Shown here: piece after piece, positions 10,541 to 20,811 of the stretch | How the letters are laid out: each line of letters opens with the position of its first letter | Position numbering within the stretch: position 1 is the first letter of the stretch | NCBI GenBank assembly: GCA_029717555.1 | Contig: JAMDHS010000028.1 | Location: forward strand, 124,001-188,000 | DNA from: Peribolospora baueri | Lineage: Eukaryota | DNA: 64,000 bases | Reading direction: 5' to 3' | Position numbers and translations under genes: made by a program | The notes under the pieces: generated by a model | Told to the model about the DNA's origin: nothing | Seen by the model: the letters and a program-made list of their open reading frames with translations, nothing else | The model's database searches: none

Positions 10541-10940
10541 TTCCGTGCGGGCAGGCGCCGGCGAGACGGAGGGTTCAGGGCGAGAGCTTTCGCCTCTGCT
10601 TCGCGTGCTGCGCTGGCATGAAAAGGTGAAGGGGTATGCGGTCGGCGACGTGATCAGGCTGGTGGAAGCAGTGCGCACGGACGGAAGCGAGCCCGTTTTG
10701 GACAAGCTCAAGGTGGAAGTGGCCAAGACCAGGCTGAAATACTTGGCCACTTCCACGGCCACTTCCACTTTGAGCTTGTCCAAGACGGGCTCGCTTCCGT
10801 CCGTGCGCACTGCTGCCACCAGCCTGATCACGTCGCCGACCGCATACCCCTTCACCTTTTCATGCCAGCGCAGCACGCGAAGCAGAGGCGAAAGCTCTCG
10901 CCCTGAACCCTCCGTCTCGCCGGCGCCTACCCGCACGGAA
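10541..10940. repeat. Near-perfect fold-back palindrome: arms 10541-10727 and 10742-10940, 14-nt loop
   Basis: The arms are reverse complements with 4 substitutions and a 12-bp tandem duplication (GGCCACTTCCAC) in the right arm. This explains the mirror-image ORFs in the track. Confidence 0.98.
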
Positions 10941-11799
10941 CGGGCCGCCGCCTCCTCTTCCTCGGCAGCCACTTGCGCCACAAACGTGTCGAACATGGTC
11001 GACGTCGTCGGCGGCGGCGGCCCGTCGTCGCTGCTGCTGCTGCTGCTGCTGGGCAGGATGACCTCGAAAAAGAAGCACGCAAGTAGAAAGTTTGCATTTG
11101 GCAAGGACGATGGAGGTGCTTTCGCTCGCCATGTTGCGCATGCATTTTTCCATAGTGTCGGCGCATGACCACGAGACTGGAGCAGCAATACCCGCAGCTG
11201 GCCATCGTGCAGGCAAAACCGTTGTGCACTTGGAGGCCGCTGATGGCGATCGGATGAAGGGCATGGGAAAAGGCAGGGATGTCGGGCAAAGCTTGCGCAT
11301 GTGGCCGATGGTGCCGAACGAGCTCTTGGTAAAAAGCCTTTGGGCGCGAGAGTTTATGGCGACAATTGAAGTGACTTGACAGCTCGTTCGTCCGCACGCC
11401 TGCCTTGCAACCCGAGCAGATGAAAAGCTGGTAGAGCGGGTGATAGCGACAACCGATGCTGTCCAAAGACGAGACGAGAGCGACGTCCCAGTCGGCCGTC
11501 GTTGGTCTCGTCGGAGGAGGAGGAGGAGAGGTGGGCATGACCGACGACGACGACGGCGGGGGGTCCAGTTGGGCTTCAAGCGAGGGAGAGAGGGCGCCCC
11601 AATCCAAGGAATCGAACGACGGCGGTGGCGATGGCGAGACCGTCCTCATCTCGGCGTCGTCGTCCACCTCCTGCTGAGAAGCCACAGGGGAGAGATCGAG
11701 ATAGCGTTGACCCTGATCGTGCCGTACAGCTTCCTCCACCTTGAGATGCTCGATTGAGTCACCTAGACAATGAAATGCATCGTCAGTCTCCCACCGCAT
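10728..11799 (-). pseudogene. DUF3505 (OrsD-like) double C2H2 Zn-finger gene fragment, N-terminus of the telomere-linked RecQ helicase type; frameshifted and truncated
   Basis: GCRYHPLYQLFICSGCKAGV...SHFNCRH and PIAISGLQVHNGFACTMASCGYCCSSLVVMRRHYGKMH...CQMQTFY, then after a frameshift near 11080 FFEV...SPLLRVLRW. These match my recollection of DUF3505 proteins. The gene ends at the palindrome loop. Confidence 0.7.
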
Positions 11800-12354
11800 G
11801 CTTATCCTGCAGCAATGCGTTGCACATTAGGAAAGCCTGGATTGGCCTGTAGGAAAGCAGGCGAAGAGAAGTACGGACCGTCTTTGACTGATTGCCGTCG
11901 CCGTGCTTGGGATCACGAAGATAGCGGGGAGCTGAGGTCCAGCACGTGTTAACGCGAGGGAGATCTCTCTGGTTTCCTTCTTCGGAGCCGGGCGAAAGAG
12001 GACCGTATATATACACGAGACTCCGTGAGACGTAAGAGTAAACCAATGGGATTCAACGAGAGACAGCCACAGCGAATATGTTCTGTTGGGAGAGGGTAGT
12101 CGTCGGAGTTAGGGGGGATTGCAACGCAAACCACCTCGTCCGAGTCGATCGTCCCCGATCACTGTGTCTACCGTTGCCTATCGTTACCTCGCTAGCTCGC
12201 GTCGTCGGCCCTGTTCATTTGCGAGCTTCAGTCGTTCTGCATTGACGAGGTGTCGCAAGATATGACGGCTTGTTCAATTTGCTGTTTGATCCTTTCATGG
12301 TGAGTGTACTCCGGTTTCTCCGACTGTTCCTCTAGAGGTGCGAAGAAAAGTGGC

Positions 12355-12519
12355 TCAGCTGTCTTTTTGGGCCGCCTGTTGCGTTGTTCCAGGTCGGTAG
12401 ACTATGTCCGCGTCGAAATGCTCAATCTCGTTGATGAACCTTCTGATCCTCTTGCCCACTTCTTTTTGACTCCTCAGATACTTGAGCAATTCGTGGTCCG
12501 TTCGTACGAGAATAGGTGA
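12355..12519 (-). pseudogene. Ty3/gypsy retrotransposon RNase H fragment
   Basis: My translation (too short for the ORF track): SPILVRTDHELLKYLRSQKEVGKRIRRFINEIEHFDADIVYRPGTTQQAA, matching the TDH.sL.yl...R..R.....fd..I.YrpG..n..AD motif of Ty3/gypsy RNase H. Confidence 0.85.
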
Positions 12520-13038
12520 GGTCCAGTTCGATTTTCCCGCGTCGAAAAGGAAGGGAAAGAAGCCACCGAAGAAGTGCTCTCACTGCCGCAAGATGGGTCA
12601 CCTGGTAGCTCCGAAGCCTGCGTGGTAGGGACGGCACCGGTATCAGTGCTATGCAATATGCGGTAGGTTTAGTATGCATATAGACCGGTATTTTGGCTGG
12701 GAGCAGTCAACTTTTGGCTGGGGAACAAGCGGGAAAGGGAGATCGCTATGTACTATGTGAAGGTATGCTTATGGACCCGTATGCTAACAGACAGGGTCGA
12801 CTGTAGCGCGCTCGCACAAGAGACAGTGGGAGCCTGGGGAACGATCGATAATATTCAGATATGTGGTTTCGAAAGCGCCGGCAATGAACAGGATGCTCGC
12901 GTCCACACGTGCGAGAGCGCCAAGTCAGGTGGATATCCACGCGCGACCCAAGTCAAGAGTTTCTGCGAGAACGAAAGGCATCTCAGCGACATTGGCCTGG
13001 ACTTGCCCGCATGGACGAGAACAAGAAGACGGGAAGGC

Positions 13039-15031
13039 TTACGTGGGGACGCCGCCGTTGGGATGGAGCGTCGAGCCTAAGAATGCTCGCCGCAAAGGAA
13101 GGCCGGGGACTGTCAGTGTGTGTGTCGGCGTGCCTGCGTCCAGCTCCCCAAACTCACCAGAAATGTAACTGCTATCATTGCTAGCCAAGAAGACAAAGCA
13201 GGAGGCCACCTCGGCGGGCTGCCCACACCTCCCCATCGGCGTGCCCAGGCCGAACTTAGACTTGTCTTCCTTGGACATGGTGGCGCTGCAAGTGGGTAGG
13301 AGGATGAGTACGGGTGATGGTAGAAAGAGACCCTGAGCAAGCCGACTGGTTTGGGTATGGCGAGACTTACACGATCAGGGGAGTCCAAATGGGACCAGGC
13401 GCGACGGCTTTAAGAGATAGGAGCATGGAATGGCGACACAGACATTGTGAGGGTCGGCGGAACATGAAGGGGCAATACATATCGGACATGAATGACTCTC
13501 ACCATTGACGCGGATGCCGCGTTCGCCGAGCAGCTGATTGCTGAGCGCCCTTGTGAAGGCGATGATGGCTCCCTGCTCACAAAAAGACAAGGCGCGGGAA
13601 TCATGAGCAGACAGGCAAGGATTGGTGGGTCACAACCCACAACCAAAAAAGCATGAGACTTGCCTTTGTGGCAGTGTAGTCGACAAGATCCCCCCTGGTG
13701 GCGGTAAAAGCGATGTCTTTCTCAATAGGGCGGCGGTGATTGAAATAGGTGGTAATGCCACGACTCACTTTCCAATGTACGGCTGGCGAAGAGGCCATGT
13801 CAACGTCAAGCTTTGTCAATGTCGAATCGTCCGAACCTGGGGTAGGGCCAACTCACATTGACACTGGCGCAGTTCACGATGGAGCTGCCAGGCTGGAGAT
13901 GGGGGACGACAGCTACGGGTCGCAAGTGAATGCAGACATGTTCACTGCGGACATCCTCCTTTGCTCGACTGCATGGTAAGAATATGAGGCAAGCAAGGGC
14001 ACACACCCTTAGTCAAGTAGAACATGCTGTCCACGTTGGTTTCCATCGTGCGCTTCCACTGATCAGTTGAGATGTCCACGAGATTGTGCCGAGAGTACTG
14101 GTAGCCAGCATTGTTGATCCTTTGCAAATAATAAGAAGACGGCGTGTAGATTTTGAGGTGAGCGGAATCGAAAAAGGAGAATATGCTAGGCTAACCAAAC
14201 TCACAAAATGTCGATTCGACCAAACTTCTTCAATGTTTCATCCACCACCCTCTTCGCTGCACCCTCTTCCCTCAAATCCATATCCAAAAGCAGGGGTAGG
14301 CGCTGTCCATTGGTGAGCTTGTCCATGTCATTATAGACGTCTAGGGCATCTTTGTCCTCCTGTAGAAAATGGCACAAGGTGGGAGGTCATGGATCAGCAA
14401 GGGCGTTGAGATAGGAGGAGAGCAGAAAACCTTAGACGTACCTCGGGAAGATGGACAATAACCACTTCAGCTGCGAGTGGAAAGAAACGGAGACACATTC
14501 GAGTTCGTTCATCATACTGTCGACTTGACCAGCATGAAAATCCGACCCTACTGCTGGATAGACTACTCACCACCTTCGAGGGCAAACTGAAGTGCGGTAG
14601 CACGCCCTATTCCGCTATCACCGCCAGTGATAATAGCTACCTTCCCATGCAGCTTGTTTGCAGGTTTATACTCCTCAGCCCCAGCACGGTTGCACTGGCT
14701 TGGTAAGTGTAGGTCTGCAGGGGGCTCTTCAAGCTTGTATTGAAGGCCTCTGTCAATTCATATGGAAAGAGTGTGCAGGTTGAGTGAACAGTCAGGATGG
14801 AAGAGCCTTCTACCAAAGCAAGGAGAGCGCCACCCACGGGAAGGACTGCTCCTGCATGACTCCCTTCGGCAAGTGCCCCTTCTCGTACTGCCTATACGCA
14901 TCGCGTGTGGAACGACGGAAAAAATAAAAAGTCGTTGTTGCAGCCTAACTCATGGAACTTCGCCCGTGGGCCTCGGCAGAGCGCCGATCCTCGCCACTAC
15001 GCTCCAGCACTCACTTTGCATGGATAGACAT
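13039..15031 (-). CDS. Classical short-chain dehydrogenase/reductase (YghA/YhxC-like oxidoreductase) with many short exons
   Basis: Exon pieces [147 protein letters not shown] lies ~105 bp upstream of the ATG. Confidence 0.92.
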
Positions 15032-15728
15032 AGAGAATGGAAACGTTGAGTTTCTGAGAATGAACGATTGAGATGACAAAAGATATGGTCCTCTACAGGA
15101 GTACCTGACTGCCGGCCCTCGGCACGCCCTGTAGTTTTATACGCCGTTCGCTCCCAGGCATGCTTAGAAAGAAGGGACGGAAGAATCGGTAAGCGCAATG
15201 AGGTCAGAGAGTCAGAGCTTGTTAGAGTCAGTAAGATGCCCTGCAAGCGTGTTGCGTCAGGTGCAGAAGGGAGACCAAGATCTGAGACAATGAGATGTGA
15301 ACATATGGCGATGATGTTGACGTCAACCATCCGACAGCCATTTCGCCCGCCCGTCCCGCCCGATGGCTCTTTTCGCGACGCGCCCCCGACGCGCTCATTT
15401 ATATTGTGCTGCGGCATCCGCCGTGTCGGCGAGACGACGAGCGAGCGAGACGGACTGGGACGACCAAGAAGCAAACGGACGACCGACCTGGACAGAGCGG
15501 ACCATTTATGAGTCTCCTTCTCCATCTTCCCTCGCCACCCTCGCTCGTACCCATATATTCCTCATTTGCCATTGAATTGCTCAAAGTGAACGCATTTAAG
15601 GGACGACTTCACTCGACGAACCGCCGTCGTCTTGGGACGTCCTCAACGCGTACTGCCTACGTACCCGTCATCCGCCTTAAACGGCGTCACGCACACCGTA
15701 GAGCTGAGTGCACGGAGCAGTCCTCAAT

Positions 15729-18700
15729 ATGGTACGCGTGAAGCCTTTGGAGATTCGTGAGTGGTCTTCTTTCGACCGTCGAAAGCATTCCGGCTTCTGG
15801 GAAAGGGCCCGAGCTTCCATGGTAGATTATGTCGCTCACCATTCCGTCGCCGCAACGCTCGTCTGTGGTCTCCCGCGCGTGTCGCTCACCTTTTTCGTTA
15901 CCGAACCGCTACATGTTTTAGGATGGCACGACACGCAGCCGATCTATTCTTGCTCCTTTGCCCCCGTCCCGCCCCATCACCTTCGCAAGGTCCTCGATTA
16001 CAACCACGCGCAAGCTCGCGGCGCCCCGCCGGGCAGTTCGGTCCCTTCTGGTCTCTTCCAGGCTGCCGCTGGTACCGAATCCGGAGCAGGCAGCACCAGC
16101 GGTGCTGGTGGCAGTGGTAGTTGCACTGGCGCGGCCGGAAACGCACTGGCTGCTGGCATCCAAGCCGGCGGACAGACCTGGAAGCTGGCGACCGCTGGTG
16201 GGGACAACAATGTTAGGGTGAGAATGACGCATCCGATTCTAGTGTTGCGACCCTATCTGCTTTGCTGACCACCTGCCTATTCTTCTATGCTGTCTTCTCG
16301 CAGCTGTGGCATGTGCATCCCAACATACCTTCTCCCGCGGCCATGGCAGCAGCGGCTTCCTCCGGAGCTATGGCTGCTCCACATCCGCCGCGCGTGGAGT
16401 ACCTTGCTACGCTGCACCGGCACACTGGCGTGGTAAATGTCGTGAGGTGGTGCCCGAAAGGTGAGCGCCCAGTGCTCACGCTGAGAGAAATGCTGTGCCC
16501 CTTACGATATATTTCCTACCTTTAACACCCTTTTGTGACGTGATCGTTCATCATAGGCGAAACTCTCGCTACGGCCGGAGATGACGGCAACGTGCTCCTG
16601 TGGGCGCCTTGCGACCGTAAGCAGGCCATCTTCTTCGGAGACAACCCAGACGACGTGCAATTCGAGAAGGAGTTTTGGCGCGCTCGGGTGATGAGAAGGT
16701 GCGAATTCTTTTTTGACACGCGCAATCTCGTAATCGCCTCCGCTCAACCGTGGCCCACGAATCCCACCGCACTGTCAGGGTGACTTCGCAGGAGATCTAC
16801 GACATGGCTTGGTCACCCAACGGCGAGTCGCTCATTGTTGGAGGGACTGACTTTGCAGCGCGGATCATCAGCGCTTCCGATGGCACCGTGCTCAAAGAGA
16901 TCGCTGAGCACAATCATTACGTTCAAGGCGTTGCGTGGGACCCACTGAACGAGTACATTGCGACTCAAAGCAGTGACCGGTGAGCTGGCCGGGCAGTTGT
17001 CTGCTAAGCTATCATTAAAGCTGAACTGGCGTTCCACTACCCGCTCCAGGTCCGTACACATTCATTCGATCCAGCATCATGCCAACGAGGTGTCCGTCCA
17101 AACGGTCGGCCGGGCCCACCGAATGGAGATCTACCACGCTTCTCATCGTCGCACGCCGTCCGGCTCTGCTTTGTGGGACTCTCATGCTCGTCCGTCCCTC
17201 AAGCGACGCGAGTCTTCGCAGACGAGTGATTCAGACGCTCATGGCGACCGCCAGGACGCCCTTGAGGCGAGCGGACAGAATGTCCCCAGACCGCCTACGC
17301 CCGCCAGCACGGCTGGACGGGCCCCTACTCCAACTTCTACGTCCTCCACGGCCATGAACCCGCCAGCCGAGCGACCGTCGCGACGGTCTTCGTTTGGCAG
17401 TTCCGCCGTCGCGTCACCTCCGGTCTCCTCAACGTCCGCTTCAGCGCGCTTTGGCCGTTCGCCTTCCCCCATGCCTCCCCTTCCCGCCATCCGTGCACCC
17501 CCCAGTCCTCGTCAGCAGGCCGAGCAAGCAGCCCCGCTGCCTTTGACAAGGGCCACGCTGAGGATGTACGGCGACGAGAACTTTACTGGCTTTTTCAGGA
17601 GACTCGCCTTTAGCCCGGACGGCGCACTTCTGCTCACTCCCGCTGGCCTGGTGGAGGATCTGGCGGCGCTTATACCTGCGCCTCAACTGCCCAGCCCCGC
17701 AACGCCAGGTCCTGCATCCGCTTCGGGACACGGCGGCGGCGGCGACGCGCAGACTCCGGGACAAGGGACAGGCGGTGCCAACAAGGGCGCCTCGCCGATG
17801 GGGCAAGCTAGCTCGACGAACGCTAACAAGTCTGCCGTCTACGTCTACTCCCGGGCCAACCTGTCCAAGCCTCCGATCGCCAGATTGCCCGGCCATAAGT
17901 CTGCTACGCTGGCGGTCAAGTTTAGTCCAGTGTTGTACGAGCTCAGGAAGGACGTTGGGGACGTGAAAGGGAAGCACAGGGAGATGAAGACGGTGGAGTT
18001 GGAGGTGGGCAGGACGAGGATGGTGCATATCAACGACAAGAAGGAGGAAGCGGACAAGGTCGGGGAGACTAGTAGGACCAAGGGAGAGGCTGTCTCGTCT
18101 TGCTCCTCTTCGCAAGATGTCCCGTCGGCGTCTTCAGCGAGCAAGTTGAATTCTCCTTCTCCCGGAGAGAAGCCGGCCAGTGCTTTCAACTTGCCATATC
18201 GAATGGTTTTTGCGGTGGCGACGCAGGACAGCGTGTTCCTGTACGACACGCAGCAGATGAGCCCTTTCTGTTGCTTCAGTCAGCTGCACTATGCGTCCTT
18301 CACCGACCTGGCCTGGTGAGCTCGGTTGTGGACTCGCTACGATGGTGCAGTCAAGCTGACCACCTGCTCTCTTTCACTGCCTGTCACCCAGGTCTCCGGA
18401 CGGCCAGACGCTGATGATGACTTCCACCGATGGGTACTGTTCGGTCGTCGTTTTCGACTTTGAAGAGCTTGGCGTGGCTTACCACTACCAGCCTCAGCTG
18501 CTGGCGTCTGGGCCGATGTTGGCTCACGGACAGGCGCATCACGTCAGCCCACGCATCGCGTCGTCCGTCCTTCCCGCACTGTCCTCGGCGCCGCCGGTAT
18601 CAACAAGCCATGGCGGTGTGGTGAGCGGTGGAAATAACGGTAGTCTGGGTCTGGTCGGGGCGAGCAGGCCGCCATCGGCGTCGGCCTCGGAGGCGGCGAA

Positions 18701-18824
18701 GCGCGATGCGTCTTCGGAGAGCGGGAGCTCGACCTCTGTGGCTCCTGCTCCTGCTCCCGAAGAGGACCAGCCAAAGAAGAAGAGGAGGATCGCACCGACG
18801 CTCGTAGGCAATGACGGCCGATAG
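15729..18824 (+). CDS. CAC2: Chromatin assembly factor 1 subunit B (p60/Cac2), WD40 protein, ~6 exons
   Basis: MVRVKPLEIR|WHDTQPIYS, KLATAGGDNNVR, HTGVVNVVRW, EIYDMAWSPNG, EHNHYVQGVAWDPLNEYIATQSSDR, FFRRLAFSPDGALLLTPAG, FNLPYRMVFAVAT, LHYASFTDLAW and a C-terminal Asf1-binding B-like motif KKKRRIAPT. Confidence 0.95.
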
Positions 18825-20811
18825 GATGGGCTATGAACATGAACGGGGCGGAAACGTTGGAGAGAGGAATCCGAGTTGGACGGTGGAGCAGAGACGATGG
18901 GGGTTCCTCGTTCGCCGGTCGAGATCTCTCCTTTCGTTCGCTCTCGCACTCGTCCTCCATTCCGTCCCTTTGTGCGAGAGCGCGGTTGGCTTAGGTTTGG
19001 CCCCCTTCTCCGTTGTCTTTTTCCTTGACGCCTTCTTTCCGTCTCCTCTTTCCGTGTTTCTTTCTTTCGTCGGCCGCGTGACTCGCGTTTGTGCTTGTGC
19101 TCGTGTCGGTAGCGTCGCTTCATCGTTCGTCGTTGTCAATCGATCGACCCATCGAGCCAACGCGGCCCACAACAGAAGTGGAGTCGGAATCGGAATCGAC
19201 GCTGGCGGAGGCAAAAGGGCGTGCGTGGGTGGGCGGCGAAACTGGGAGATTGCTCGGTAGGCGAGGGCGAGGTTGAGCACGTGTTCGTTTCGTTTCGGAC
19301 ACGGTCCAGTGACGGTAACGGTGACGTGCGACGACGTGGGGTGCTTTTTAACGAGGACTATTTATTTGCATGAGCGGGTTAGAGAGCAAACAACGGGTTT
19401 TCCTCGGCCGAGGCACATGACGGATAACGGCGGGAGAAGATGAAGAGGGGAAGGGAGAGGGAGCCGCGGAGGTGCAGTGCAGACCGGGGAGAGACTAAGT
19501 GGACTAAAAGACGCAGTAGCTGCATAAAAAAGTGTTGTATGCAGCGAGCTCGCCGTCGGTCGAGATGAAATGGTTGAACCGAACTGAACCGAACTGAACC
19601 GAGTCCGTGCGTGCCCACGGCGTCGTCACGCCACGCCACGTAGCGTTGACGAAGGGAAGCGGCTACGGAGGGCATGAATAAATGAATGAAGAGGAGCGAC
19701 GATGCATGCACTTTACGTGTACTGTGCAGTTCTCGGCCCGAGGGAAGGGAGGAAGAAAGGAGGCTAGTCAGAGATGGGCGGACGGTCGCCGCGGGCCACG
19801 TCACGTGCCGGCGTCTTGTCGTCTATCGTCTGTCTGCGCTCGGCCCGGGCGCGTCCGACAGGGTCGTCGTGGGTCTGGGCGGGGCTCGAGGCGGAGGTGG
19901 AGGCGGAGGCGTGTGGTGTCGAGATGTCGGGATGGACGGGATGGGAGAAGATGGGATGGCAGGAGGGTTGAGGAAACGACGGCGGCGGTCACCCATCTCG
20001 CCCTATTTCGCCGTATATCGATCGCCTTCTGTCTGTCTGTCTGTCTCTTTATCTCGTCCAACACGACACGCACGCGTACGACGGCGTCGGCAACACCTTT
20101 CTTTCTTCTCTCGCTTGTCTCTCCTCGTCGCTCGCCGCCCGCCAGGCACGACAAAGAGTGATCGATCATCGGCGCCGGCTAAGTCAGGTCGAGCTGCCGA
20201 GCCGTCGAGCCACGTGGTCGGTGCCGCAGCTGCGGTCGGCGGCGCGGTCGAGGGCCGTCGGCGTCGGCCCGTCAGTCAGTCAGCGGTCAGACGGTCCGCC
20301 AGCGAGCTCGAGCGTCGCCTCCGCAGGGACGAGGAACGACGGACGAGATCGAGATCGACAGCGACAAGGACAAGGACGAGGCAAGGACAAGGACAAGGAC
20401 AGCCGACGACGACCGACGACCGACGACCGACGGTCGCCCGTCCGAGCTGACCTGAGCTACTCCTCACCCATCGCACGCCCGCCGGCCCGCTCGCTACACC
20501 ACTCCCATCTCCCACTCTCATCTCCCTCACCGCCCGCTCCGTCGACGGCAACAAACAGCCAGTGAGCCAGCCAGCCAGACAGCCGCCGTCTCGCTTCCTT
20601 TCACCACCCACACCTCCGCCTCGCTCCCTCTCCCTCTTACGTCCTTACCTTACCGGTCACCGCCGCTGTCTGTTCTTCAGCGCGGTCACCCACCACCCCC
20701 ACATCATCCCCAATCCGTAACCCTCTTCGCCCTTTCTTCCCCGTCTCCCTCGCCGTCTGTCTCGTCCTACCTAATCCCTCTTCCTCTCCCTCCCTTCCTC
20801 TTTGACCCCCT

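Larger units (their letters stand above)
9706..12803 (-). mobile_element. Degenerate non-autonomous pogo/Tigger-like (Tc1/mariner) DNA transposon with composite cargo
   Basis: Left TIR CAGTTAACCCTGTCTACAAGCATAC (9706-9730) matches the reverse complement of 12779-12803 (CAGTCGACCCTGTCTGTTAGCATAC) at 20/25. TA lies on both flanks (9704-9705, 12804-12805). A subterminal CTATGCARTATGCG motif occurs near both ends (9750, 12649), and a transposase C-terminal remnant lies inside. Confidence 0.8.

Noticed and set aside
10508..11188. Mirror-image 226-aa and 216-aa ORFs on opposite strands as overlapping genes
   Set aside because: They are a by-product of the palindrome. Only the minus-strand DUF3505-related frame has protein-like motifs.
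13039..15031. SDR as transposon cargo or a recent bacterial transfer
   Set aside because: It lies outside the right TIR (12803), has many spliceosomal introns, and belongs to a subfamily widespread in fungi.
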